The translations under genes and the position numbers were made by a program. The notes beneath the pieces were generated by a model, which saw only the letters and a list, made by a program, of their open reading frames with translations, was not told where the DNA came from and searched no databases. DNA of 64,000 nt from Pseudomonadota bacterium. Lineage in GTDB: Bacteria > Pseudomonadota > Alphaproteobacteria > Rhizobiales > Hyphomicrobiaceae. Of the stretch, positions 19,153-28,367 are shown piece after piece. The stretch lies in assembly GCA_018242255.1 (NCBI GenBank), contig JAFECH010000345.1, positions 45,799 to 109,798 on the forward strand. The letters are read 5' to 3'. Position 1 is the first letter of the stretch; every line of letters begins with the position of its first letter.

Positions 19153-20594
19153 GAGTCTTGATAAGGGGAACGGCGATCGTCGCGGCACTGGTGGCTGCGA
19201 CGGGAGCCGGCATTTGGGCGGGTCAAACAGACTTACTCAAACTTCCGCTGAGTCCCGCAGCGGCAATCACCGAAGCTCGTGCCGACGAGTCGCGGCCGGT
19301 CATTTATTATCGCGATCCCGACGGCAAGCCGCTCTATTCGCCGACACCGAAAACGACCGATGACGGCCGACCCTATATTGCTGTCCATGACGGCGAAGAT
19401 GGGACGTCGTCTGCAAAGACCGCGAATCCGGAAACGAAATCTGCCGATACCGGCGGCGCCAGAAAAATCAAATTCTACCGCAACCCAATGGGGCTGCCGG
19501 ACACATCGCCTGTGCCGAAAAAGGATTCGATGGGTATGGACTACATCCCCGTCTACGAAGGCGAGGATAGCGACGACGGCTCGATCAAGGTTTCTCCCGG
19601 TAAAATTCAACGTACAGGTGTCGAGACCGTCGCGGTGACGAAACGACCGTTGGTCAAGACCATCCAGGCACCTGGCGTCGTACAGCTCGATGAGCGGCGC
19701 ATTGTCGTGTTGGCACCGCGGTTTGACGGCTACGTGGATACGGTCGGACCGGTGACCACAGGCACGCACGTCATGAAGGGTGACGTCCTGGCTAACGTCT
19801 TCGGCCAGGAAGTTCTGAATGAATCGGCGCGTCTTTTAATCGAGCAGCTTTCACAGGGGTACGTTCGCTCAGAACCCGGCGTCAAGGGACCTGCTGGCGT
19901 CGTCGGAGCCACGCGTCGGCTGCAGAATCTCGGCGTGCCCGAAGAATTCATGGACGAGGTAAAGCGTGAGAAGAGCGTTCCAGACACCTTCACATATCGC
20001 TCGCCCATCGATGGATATGTCCTCGAACGAAACTGGAGCGATGGCCAAGGCTTCAAGGCTGGGGATGTCGGCTTCCGTATCGCCGATGTTTCAGTCGTGT
20101 GGATGATGGCTGATGTCGCCGAAGGCGACATAAACGGCGTGAAGCTCGGCGAGCCCGTGACGGTCACGACGCGCGCACGACCAGGCCGCACATTCAAAGG
20201 CAAAGTCACAGTCATCTATCCGCAATTGAACAAGGAGACTCGTACAATTCCGGTGCGGATCGAATTGCCGAACCCGGAATTGGCACTGCTTCCGGGCATG
20301 TACGGAGATGTCGATATCTACACCGGCAATGATACGACGCTGACGGTGCCGACGAGCGCCGTGATCGACAGCGGAAATAAACAGATCGTTCTCGTTGATC
20401 TTGGTAACGGTCGCTATGAGCCTCGCGAAGTCAAACTCGGCCGGCGCGGCGACGGCTACGTCGAGGTCATGAGTGGCGTTTCGGACGGTGATCGTGTCGT
20501 CTCAAACGGCAACTTCCTCATCGACGCCGAAAGTAATTTGCAATCGGCATTGAAGGGCTTCGAGGCGTCCCAGAGCAAGGAGGCCAGCCAATGA
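19149..20594 (+). CDS. cusB: CusB-like RND periplasmic adaptor with N-terminal heavy-metal-binding motifs
   Basis: YYRDPDGKPLYSP and FYRNPMGLPDTSPVPKKDSMGMDY motifs, GKIQRTGV, lipoyl-like region, LLPGMY, GNFLIDAESNL. Confidence 0.9.
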   Translation: MRVLIRGTAIVAALVAATGAGIWAGQTDLLKLPLSPAAAITEARADESRPVIYYRDPDGKPLYSPTPKTTDDGRPYIAVHDGEDGTSSAKTANPETKSADTGGARKIKFYRNPMGLPDTSPVPKKDSMGMDYIPVYEGEDSDDGSIKVSPGKIQRTGVETVAVTKRPLVKTIQAPGVVQLDERRIVVLAPRFDGYVDTVGPVTTGTHVMKGDVLANVFGQEVLNESARLLIEQLSQGYVRSEPGVKGPAGVVGATRRLQNLGVPEEFMDEVKREKSVPDTFTYRSPIDGYVLERNWSDGQGFKAGDVGFRIADVSVVWMMADVAEGDINGVKLGEPVTVTTRARPGRTFKGKVTVIYPQLNKETRTIPVRIELPNPELALLPGMYGDVDIYTGNDTTLTVPTSAVIDSGNKQIVLVDLGNGRYEPREVKLGRRGDGYVEVMSGVSDGDRVVSNGNFLIDAESNLQSALKGFEASQSKEASQ

Positions 20595-23500
20595 TCGCGC
20601 GCCTTATCGCTTGGTCGGCGAAGAACCTCGTGCTGGTGCTCATCGCGGCCGCGTTTGCCGTCGTGGCGGGAATCTGGGCAGTGAGGACACTGCCGCTCGA
20701 TGCTATTCCGGACCTCTCGGATACGCAGGTCATCATTTACACCGAGTTCCCGGGCCAAGCGCCGCAGGTGGTTGAGGATCAGGTCACCTATCCGCTAACG
20801 ACCGCAATGCTGACCGTTCCGCGGTCCAAGGTGGTGCGCGGTTTCTCCTTCTTCGGCGTCTCGTTCGTCTACGTTATTTTCGAAGACGGTACCGACATCT
20901 ACTGGGCGCGTTCCCGTGTCCTTGAATACTTGAATACCGCTGCAAAGAGCCTTCCGAATGGCGTTACTCCAACGCTCGGGCCGGATGCGACCGGCGTCGG
21001 CTGGGTCTATCAGTACGCCCTGCAATCCAAGAACAAGTCGCTCGCAGATTTGCGCACGATGCAGGATTGGGAAGTTCGCTTTGGATTGTCGAAAGCTGAA
21101 GGCGTTGCGGAGGTCGCGAGCGTCGGCGGCTTCGTCAAGCAATATAGCGTTGTCGTCGATCCAAGCCGACTCAGAAGCTTCAACATCCCTTTGGACAAAG
21201 TCCGCGATGCCATCCGCGACAACAACATGGACGTTGGCGGACGCACGCTGGAACTGGCTGAGCATGAGTTCATCGTGCGCGGGCGCGGCTACCTCAGAGG
21301 TGTTAAGGATCTTGAGAACATCGTCGTCAAATCCGACCGCGGGACGCCTGTCCTTTTAAAGGACGTCGCGCACATCGAAACCACCGGCGACGAACGCCGC
21401 GGCATTGCCGAACTCAACGGCAATGGCGAAGTAGCAAGCGGGATCGCCTTGCAACGCTATGGCGCCAATGCGCTCACCGTGATCGACAACATCAAAGAGC
21501 GACTGAAGGAGATCGCCCCATCGCTACCGGCCGGGACAAAAGTCGTACCAGTCTACGATCGTTCCGAACTGATCCACCGTGCCATCGATACGCTCAAACA
21601 CACGCTTCTCGAAGAAAGTCTCGTCGTAGCTGCAGTATGCTTCGTGTTCCTGCTGCATTTTCGAAGCGCGCTGGTCGCTATCCTGATGCTGCCGGTCGGC
21701 ATCCTCATGGCATTTGTTGCAATGCGGGTGCTCGGCATTGGCTCTAACATTATGAGTCTCGGCGGCATCGCCATTGCCATTGGCGCAATGATCGATGCGG
21801 CCATCGTGATGATCGAAAACGCCCACAAGCATTTGGAACGTGCGCCAAAAGACAAGCCGCGAATTCAGATCCTCACCGAGGCGGCGGCGGAGGTCGGGCC
21901 GGCCTTGTTCTTCTCGCTGCTCATCATAACAGTCTCGTTCCTTCCGATCTTCACGCTCGAAGCACAGGAAGGGCGGATGTTTGGGCCTCTGGCCTTCACC
22001 AAGACCTTCGCAATGGCAGCTGCCGCGCTGCTGTCGGTGACGTTGGTGCCGGCGTTGATGGTAATCTTCGTGCGCGGCCGGATCATTCCGGAGCACAAGA
22101 ACCCCATCAACCGTGCGCTGATCGCGGTCTATCGCCCCGTCATCAAAGGCGTGCTGAAGGCGAAGACGCTGACCATCGTGCTGGCCGCAGTCATCCTTGT
22201 TGTCTCGATTTGGCCACTGACCAAAGTCGGCACTGAATTCATGCCGGATCTCAATGAGGGAACGCTGCTCTACATGCCGACGACGTTACCGGGTCTATCG
22301 ATTACGAAGTCAGCGGAGTTGTTGCAGACTCAGAACCGCATCATCAAGTCGTTCCCGGAGGTGGCATCCGTCTACGGCAAGGCGGGGCGCGCGGCCACGG
22401 CAACCGATCCTGCACCGACGGAGATGTTCGAGACCGTCATCAATCTCAAGCCCAAGGACGATTGGCGGCCAGGCGTCACGACGGACAGTCTCATCTCGCA
22501 AATGGACAAAGCCCTGCAGTTTCCCGGCGTTTCCAATGCCTGGACGATGCCGATCAAGGCGCGCATCGATATGCTTTCGACCGGTATCCGCACGCCGGTC
22601 GGGATTAAGGTCATCGGTAATAACCTGACTGAAATCGACAACGTCGCAAGAAAGGTCGAAGCGGCAGTCAAGTCGGTGCCGGGCACTTCCAGCGCTTATG
22701 CCGAGCGCACGTTGGGCGGCTATTACCTAGAGATCATTCCGAACCGTGAGCGGCTCGCTCGCTATGGTCTGATGGTTGCGGACGTGCAGAACGTCGTGGC
22801 TATGGCGCTTGGCGCCGAACCGATAACGACCACAGTGGAAGGCCGCGAGCGCTATACGGTTGCGATACGGTATCCACGTGACCTGCGCTCTGATCCCCAA
22901 GCGATCGCCAAAGACGTCGTGGTCTCGCTGCCTGGCGGTAAAGGTACGGTTCCAATTGGGGAGGTCGCCGATATAAAACTTACGCGCGGCCCGACCACGA
23001 TCCGTACCGAGAATGCCAAACTCGCGACCTACGTCTACGTCGACATCCGCGACCGTGACCTCGGCGGCTACATAGCCGATGCCAAGAAAGCCGTTGACGC
23101 CAAGGTGAAGATGCCGCCCGGCACCTATCTCGTGTGGTCGGGACAGTTTGAGTACCTGGAGCGCGCCGAGGCACGCTTGCAGATGGTCGTACCGGTAACG
23201 CTGATGATCATCTTCTTGCTTCTGTACCTGAACTTTCGACGACTGACCGAAACGCTCATCGTCATGCTGTCTCTGCCGTTCGCACTTGCCGGCGGTTTCT
23301 GGCTGATGTGGTGGCTTGGCTTCAACCTGTCTGTGGCGGTCGCCGTCGGCTTCATCGCGCTTGCCGGTGTTGCAGCCGAGACGGGCGTCGTGATGCTGAT
23401 CTACCTCGACAACGCCAAGCGCGAGGTCCAGGCTGAATGTCTGCTTCAGGGGCGGCCATTCACGCGCGAAGATCTCTACCATGCCATCATGGTCGGTGCA

Positions 23501-23743
23501 GTCGAACGCGTCCGGCCAAAAATGATGACTGTAGTAGCTATCATGGCCGGATTGCTCCCCATCATGTGGAGCACTGGGACCGGCTCGGAGGTCATGCAAC
23601 GCATCGCCGTTCCGATGATCGGCGGCATGGTCTCGTCAACCCTGCTGACGCTGATCGTTATCCCTGCAATTTACGGCTCGGTGAAGGGTTGGAAGCTTCC
23701 GAGCACTCAAACAGCGCGATCCCGTTTGCATCAGCGCGCATAG
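20591..23743 (+). CDS. cusA: CusA/SilA family heavy-metal efflux RND permease
   Basis: LPLDAIPDLSDTQVII, VEDQVTYPLTTAM, GPDATGVGWVYQY, MIDAAIVMIEN, RVRPKMMT, MQRIAVPMIGG. Confidence 0.97.
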   Translation: MIARLIAWSAKNLVLVLIAAAFAVVAGIWAVRTLPLDAIPDLSDTQVIIYTEFPGQAPQVVEDQVTYPLTTAMLTVPRSKVVRGFSFFGVSFVYVIFEDGTDIYWARSRVLEYLNTAAKSLPNGVTPTLGPDATGVGWVYQYALQSKNKSLADLRTMQDWEVRFGLSKAEGVAEVASVGGFVKQYSVVVDPSRLRSFNIPLDKVRDAIRDNNMDVGGRTLELAEHEFIVRGRGYLRGVKDLENIVVKSDRGTPVLLKDVAHIETTGDERRGIAELNGNGEVASGIALQRYGANALTVIDNIKERLKEIAPSLPAGTKVVPVYDRSELIHRAIDTLKHTLLEESLVVAAVCFVFLLHFRSALVAILMLPVGILMAFVAMRVLGIGSNIMSLGGIAIAIGAMIDAAIVMIENAHKHLERAPKDKPRIQILTEAAAEVGPALFFSLLIITVSFLPIFTLEAQEGRMFGPLAFTKTFAMAAAALLSVTLVPALMVIFVRGRIIPEHKNPINRALIAVYRPVIKGVLKAKTLTIVLAAVILVVSIWPLTKVGTEFMPDLNEGTLLYMPTTLPGLSITKSAELLQTQNRIIKSFPEVASVYGKAGRAATATDPAPTEMFETVINLKPKDDWRPGVTTDSLISQMDKALQFPGVSNAWTMPIKARIDMLSTGIRTPVGIKVIGNNLTEIDNVARKVEAAVKSVPGTSSAYAERTLGGYYLEIIPNRERLARYGLMVADVQNVVAMALGAEPITTTVEGRERYTVAIRYPRDLRSDPQAIAKDVVVSLPGGKGTVPIGEVADIKLTRGPTTIRTENAKLATYVYVDIRDRDLGGYIADAKKAVDAKVKMPPGTYLVWSGQFEYLERAEARLQMVVPVTLMIIFLLLYLNFRRLTETLIVMLSLPFALAGGFWLMWWLGFNLSVAVAVGFIALAGVAAETGVVMLIYLDNAKREVQAECLLQGRPFTREDLYHAIMVGAVERVRPKMMTVVAIMAGLLPIMWSTGTGSEVMQRIAVPMIGGMVSSTLLTLIVIPAIYGSVKGWKLPSTQTARSRLHQRA

Positions 23744-23759
23744 ACAAGCTCACTAGGCA

Positions 23760-23796
23760 AAGCGGATCTCCGATGACAAAGATCGGAGATCCGCTT
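23760..23796 (+). terminator. Strong hairpin after cusA (probable terminator)
   Basis: AAGCGGATCTCCGAT-GACAAAG-ATCGGAGATCCGCTT is a perfect 15-bp inverted repeat; no long U tract. Confidence 0.6.
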
Positions 23797-23999
23797 GGCT
23801 CCCGCTTATGATCAAGAGCGATGGGTGCCTAAACTTCTCGGCGTATAAACCCGCACGCAAACCCAGAGATCGTATCCGGATTGGCTCGCCTACGGCCGCG
23901 TCGGCTTCGGGTGTGTGTGTGATCCCGGACGTTGACGCAAAGACCACGCAACCCTGCAGCGACGCAACTTTGTGCAACGGAGTTCAAAGTACAGATGTC

Positions 24000-24206
24000 A
24001 GCGAAGCGAAGGTCGATAATCCAGCCTTTGGCCTTGTGTTATGGGTCGGCATGGAGCGCCAAATTGCTGACCGATGGACGATGCGTTTCAAGTACATGTT
24101 CTTTGGAGTTCGGGATGAACTGGCACTCCCGGCAAATGATGGTCCCGGGTGGCACCACAACATTGATGTTCATTCTATGAATATTGGTCTCAGTTATCAT
24201 TTCTGA
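24000..24206 (+). pseudogene. Remnant of an Omp25/RopB-type outer-membrane protein (C-terminal strands only)
   Basis: GLVLWVGMERQIADRWTMRFKYMFFG...HSMNIGLSYHF resembles the last barrel strands; no signal peptide or N-terminal half. Start boundary approximate. Confidence 0.5.
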
Positions 24207-24299
24207 TTCAATCGGAATCGTGCGCCTGCTGGACTGGCCGAATTATGCCAGACAAGCGCTTTGAGGGCATTGTCCGTCGCTAGTGACCCGAGCAGATTC

Positions 24300-25130
24300 T
24301 CATGGGTCCGAAGATAGCCACCAATCTGCCCCGGAGAACCAACTTGAAGCATCAGGCGGAATGCCTCTTCGCAGCGATTTCACATCTCGCAAACTGCCAC
24401 GCTCGAACGCGCGACCGAGTTTGTCTGCTTCGTTGTCGTCGCGCGCGCCCATGCAAGGAATGAATGCGGCGGGGTGCAAGAAGCGGGCCGCGAATGTTGT
24501 ACCATTTGAGCGAGTGACGAGAAGCATTCCGCCTAGCCCAACCCGCGGCGTCAGGGGAAACAGCAGCCGTCCGCCGGGTCGCAAGGCGTCGAGCCAGGAA
24601 TTAAGCGGCCGCGTCGCTCCGGCGCTTACGTAGATGATGTCGCAAGCTGGAATACTTCCTTCGGCGGCTGACTGAGCTTTGACCGAAATCCACGGCCAAG
24701 GCGCCAAGTTTGCCTGAGCTTTCATGGCTAAGTCTTGTTCAATCTCGTAGGCATGAACGACACCTGAGGCGCCAACAAGATGCGCTAGGATAGCCGTGTA
24801 GTAGCCTGTGCCGGTTCCGACGTGGATAGCAGTCTCGCCTTGCCGGACCTGCAACGCCGCCAAACAGCGCGCATGCAAATGTGGTTTCCCGTTGTTGATG
24901 CCGCGATCCGCGTCGATGGCAACGACCACATCCTGGTAGATGAAGCTTGGATGGTTGGATGGCGTCTCGACGTAACCACCGGCGAAGCAGTTGACCTTCC
25001 ATGGCCCTGTTCCGACAAAACGCTCACGCTCAACAATGCCAAGCGCTTCAATCAGCTTGACATCATCGGTTCCAGCTTTTCCGGAGATAAGCTGAGCATA
25101 GTAAGCCCTTATGGCTGCAGGTGCTGTCAC
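24300..25130 (-). CDS. Protein-L-isoaspartate O-methyltransferase (Pcm)-like SAM methyltransferase
   Basis: VERERFVGTGPW, INNGKPHLHA, HVGTGTGYYTAILA, YEIEQDLA, DIIYVSAG, LRPGGRLLFP. GTG start at 25130 with AAGGAG upstream. Confidence 0.85.
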   Translation of the reverse strand: MTAPAAIRAYYAQLISGKAGTDDVKLIEALGIVERERFVGTGPWKVNCFAGGYVETPSNHPSFIYQDVVVAIDADRGINNGKPHLHARCLAALQVRQGETAIHVGTGTGYYTAILAHLVGASGVVHAYEIEQDLAMKAQANLAPWPWISVKAQSAAEGSIPACDIIYVSAGATRPLNSWLDALRPGGRLLFPLTPRVGLGGMLLVTRSNGTTFAARFLHPAAFIPCMGARDDNEADKLGRAFERGSLRDVKSLRRGIPPDASSWFSGADWWLSSDP

Positions 25131-25461
25131 TAGCAACGGCTCCTTACATGACAGTTGAACATGCCGGTTGCTTCCAAGGCGCGAATGATATGCCAGTCTA
25201 CGATGACCGCATTTGGCCCGAAGCAGACACGGCATCGCGTGCCAAAAGTGACGGCTATGACGCACCCGAGTGGAGAAAGTTCGAACATCTTGCCTGCCGC
25301 GCTTGAGGAACTGGAGAGCGCCTTAGCTGAGGATTGGCAACTGTCTGAGTCATACCCCGAACCATAAATATATCTGCTCGAACTCCTCCAATATTCCAGC
25401 AGGTCAGCCGGCGACCTCGTCATGGGCGAGGTCGCGTTCATCACTGCAACAAGTTCGAGCT

Positions 25462-26019
25462 TCAGCTCACCTCGGGCGCGAACGCCGGATCGATCTCAAC
25501 CCCGCTTAGATGGTGTGTGTAGTTGCTCATCGTCTTGAGCGCGACGCCCAACAGCACTTCGAGGACTTGCTCGCGTCCGTATCCGGCAGCGACGAACTCT
25601 TCGACGATTTCAGCAGACACATGGCCGCGCTTTTCGACCATTTCCCTGGTCAGGCGCACCAAGGCCTCCAGCCTGGTGTCTGAAAGGGAGCGCCCCGCTC
25701 TGATTGCCTCCACCATTTCGGCGGGAGCCTTCATCGCGTTCTTCAGGATCGTGCTGTGCGCGGCAGTACAGTATCTGCATGCATTCTCCACGCTGGCGGC
25801 CAGCAGCACCACTTGCCGCTCCTTCGGTGAAAGGCACGACTGCCCGTAAGCCTGATCCAGCGCCATATAGCCGGACAAGAATGCTGGCGAGTGAGCAAAG
25901 ACACCGAAGAGGTTCGGAATAAACCGGAAGTCCTTCTGCACCTTTTCGACAAGGGCCTTCGAACCTTCGGGGGCGGTCGCCGTATCGAGAGGTGTGAGCG
26001 GTAATGGGGGTGTTTTCAC
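25462..26019 (-). CDS. Carboxymuconolactone decarboxylase / AhpD-like peroxidase-related protein
   Basis: FIPNLFGVFAHSP, VENACRYCTAAH (CxxC...H), EEFVAAGY, KTMSNY. GTG start with GAGGA RBS. Confidence 0.88.
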   Translation of the reverse strand: MKTPPLPLTPLDTATAPEGSKALVEKVQKDFRFIPNLFGVFAHSPAFLSGYMALDQAYGQSCLSPKERQVVLLAASVENACRYCTAAHSTILKNAMKAPAEMVEAIRAGRSLSDTRLEALVRLTREMVEKRGHVSAEIVEEFVAAGYGREQVLEVLLGVALKTMSNYTHHLSGVEIDPAFAPEVS

Positions 26020-26033
26020 AGGATATCCTCCAG

Positions 26034-26072
26034 TAGAGAGACGTGTCTGTCTCTCTATAGACAGAGCTGTCT
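26034..26072. promoter_or_regulatory. Two tandem AGAC-N6-GTCT TetR operators between divergent genes
   Basis: TAGAGAGAC-GTGTCT-GTCTCTCTA (26034-26057) and AGACAG-AG-CTGTCT (26059-26072); AGAC cores are 20 bp apart. Confidence 0.7.
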
Positions 26073-26091
26073 GTTCCTGTCAATATTGATC

Positions 26092-26643
26092 ATGTTTACG
26101 ACTGAAAAGAATAACCCCCGGTCGCGGATTCTGGAGGTCGCCGACCAGCTCTTCTATTCCGAGGGTATTCGTGCAACCGGCACCGAGAAGATCATGGCCG
26201 CGGCTGATGTCGCCAAAGCCACCTTCTATCGCCACTTCGAGAGCAAGGACGCACTCGTGCTTGCCTATCTCGACAATCGTGACAAAGCCTTTTGGGAGTA
26301 TCTCGGCGGCCCCGACGCGCCCTCCGACGTTCATTCCGCGCTTTCGATGATCGACCGTTATGTGAACCGCACCGGGGTTATCGGCTGCCCGTTCTTACGC
26401 GTTGCAGCGGAATATCCAGACCCCGATCACCCCTTGCATCGGCGCGTCGTTGCCCACAAGGACCGGTTACTCCGCTACCTTGCCAAGTTGATGCCGACAA
26501 ATTCACCCGACCCGGAAGAATTTGCTCGTATGCTTGTCGCCATTATCGATGGCGCTTTATCAATGCGGCTGGTCTTTGGCCCCGCGCAGGAGGTTCCACT
26601 GCTCGCCACTGCGGAACGTATTTTTCAGTCGCGGCGTGCGTAA
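26092..26643 (+). CDS. TetR/AcrR family transcriptional regulator
   Basis: ILEVADQLFYSEGIRATGTEKIMAAADVAKATFYRHFESKDALV; GCPF motif. Confidence 0.92.
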   Translation: MFTTEKNNPRSRILEVADQLFYSEGIRATGTEKIMAAADVAKATFYRHFESKDALVLAYLDNRDKAFWEYLGGPDAPSDVHSALSMIDRYVNRTGVIGCPFLRVAAEYPDPDHPLHRRVVAHKDRLLRYLAKLMPTNSPDPEEFARMLVAIIDGALSMRLVFGPAQEVPLLATAERIFQSRRA

Positions 26644-27150
26644 TTCGCGACGTCGAGCAAGCAAGATTCTGCGGCCAACTTCGCCCAGAGCTTGATTTGA
26701 AGCGTGGTATCCTGCGGCCCGTAGGGCCGATGGCGCGCCGGAGATGATGAAGATGAGAACTTTTACATAATTGTTACTAGAATAATTGGCTCTGAGGTTT
26801 CTTCAAAAGCCCGTTAGCTTTTTATTAACTATCCATCCCGCTCCGTGCCGGGGCGTTTCCAGGCAACGAGGAACAGGCACAGCGTCAGAACGGCCCGAAC
26901 TCAGCCCCGCAGATTACGAACTTGCGACAGAACCATGAGCACCAAGACCGCCAGCAATTATCAGAACGCTGACGTTTGTCATACGCACCGCATAGTCCGG
27001 TGCGGCCGCTCACTGCCAAACCTCTAGTAGATGCTTCTCGCCGTATAAGCGGGCAGACTGCACTCATCGCACGCTGATCGGAAATGGCGGATCCGACACC
27101 TGTGTCTTTGGCCAGGGCGATGGTCAGGACACAACGCGCGGCGCGCCTGC

Positions 27151-27405
27151 TTGAGCGCACTCATTCCTCGAACAGCGCTCGGAATTCTGGTGTGGAACAC
27201 GCCCTTTCTGATGCTGGGATTTCTGTTGCGCGTCACCGGTCATGATCCTGCCTATGTGGGGTTCTGGACTTCGATCGTGCTGGTCGCGCTGGAAGTCGCG
27301 GTCGCCTTCGGCGTCCGGCGCTTGCCGTCTCAATCGACAGAAGGCGAGCCGCCGGACGCTTCAACTCCTGACCAAATCATGGCGGGGGAGCCGGTTCGGC
27401 AATGA
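27151..27405 (+). CDS. Small hypothetical membrane protein
   Basis: 84-aa ORF with two hydrophobic segments; overlaps the 3' end of the convergent XRE gene. Confidence 0.35.
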   Translation: MSALIPRTALGILVWNTPFLMLGFLLRVTGHDPAYVGFWTSIVLVALEVAVAFGVRRLPSQSTEGEPPDASTPDQIMAGEPVRQ

Positions 27406-27616
27406 GTATGTCGCCCGGTGCGCAATCGAGAAACTCGCAGATCCGGGCGAGTGTTTCAAAGCGCACGCCTTTGACTCGCCCTTGCTTGAGCAGGGAAAGA
27501 TTGGCCTCGGTAATGCCGACATATTCGGCCAGGTCTTTGCCCTTGACCTTGCGACGCGCCATCATGACATCGAGCGTCACGACGATCTGTAGGTGGCGAT
27601 TATCGATACTTTCCAT
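27377..27616 (-). CDS. Cro/C1-type (YozG-like XRE) HTH regulator
   Basis: IVVTLDVMMARRK...LAEYVGITEANLSLLKQGRVKGVRFETLARICEFLDCAPGDIL. The start overlaps the DUF2975 stop (TAATG). Confidence 0.92.
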   Translation of the reverse strand: MESIDNRHLQIVVTLDVMMARRKVKGKDLAEYVGITEANLSLLKQGRVKGVRFETLARICEFLDCAPGDILIAEPAPPP

Positions 27617-28164
27617 TAGACGAATGCCGCATTTTCTTCTGCAAGCTCGCGATTCCTGCGTTCAACGGCGGCCGTTGCGCCGAGGATGCGGGCGAACGTC
27701 CATGTGAAGCCGGAGATGACCAGAATTGTCAGACTGCCCGTGCCGATCCTGATTGGGAAATCGGCGCCCGCTGCGCTGTCGTAGGTGAGAAAGTAGCCGA
27801 TCACCGGCGTCATGACTGCCGATGCCAACACGGCAATCATCCCCGCGCCGCCAAATCGCTGCAAGCCAAGGATGGCCTTCGGCGAAAATATCTCGCCCCG
27901 GGCAAAGCACAGAAATGACGACCTGATGCACATCAAGCCATAGGCATTGAGGAGTGCCGGCAGGCACATCAACAGCAGCACCGCAAAATTCCGCCCATGA
28001 TCGAGCCGGATCGTCGGTACGTCCAGCCACGAGGCTAGGTCGGCTGGAGACATGACGCTCCATTGCCAGACCGAACCGCCCATGAACACCGCCGCCGTGA
28101 CGATGCACACTTGAGACATCACCCCGCTCCAGCTGCTCGCCATCGCTATCTCGTCATCCGTCAT
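27616..28164 (-). CDS. DUF2975-family membrane protein
   Basis: Multi-TM protein, FARGEIFS, C-terminal LAEENAAFV; directly upstream of the YozG-type HTH. Start MTDDEIAM after a GAGAGAGGGGG RBS. Confidence 0.85.
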   Translation of the reverse strand: MTDDEIAMASSWSGVMSQVCIVTAAVFMGGSVWQWSVMSPADLASWLDVPTIRLDHGRNFAVLLLMCLPALLNAYGLMCIRSSFLCFARGEIFSPKAILGLQRFGGAGMIAVLASAVMTPVIGYFLTYDSAAGADFPIRIGTGSLTILVISGFTWTFARILGATAAVERRNRELAEENAAFV

Positions 28165-28267
28165 CGCAACCCCCTCTCTCTCTGCTAGTCGAGCCTCTTT
28201 GGCAGGAGCAGAAAGCCACCTTAGCAGCCAGTTCTCACGGTGTCGCTCTGGATATCGTCGCATCATC

Positions 28268-28294
28268 AATTATTTCTGTTTGACAGAAATAATT
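28268..28294. promoter_or_regulatory. Palindromic operator overlapping a TTGACA -35 element
   Basis: AATTATTTCTGT-TTG-ACAGAAATAATT is a perfect 12-bp inverted repeat; TTGACA lies at 28280-28285. Confidence 0.65.
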
Positions 28295-28367
28295 TGATAA
28301 TACACATGCATATTTCCAATTGCCGGGCCGAGGCGGCCCGCTAGGGAAAACGCGAAAGGAGTAACTT

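Noticed and set aside
25261-25287. CGCACCCGA...TTCGAAC resembling a degenerate tRNA-Arg/att copy
   Set aside because: The spacing between the two blocks (10 nt) differs from the tRNA (5 nt); too weak to call.
26700-27150. Short hydrophobic frames on the minus strand suggesting a decayed membrane-protein gene
   Set aside because: Interrupted by stops with no recognisable family; cannot be supported.
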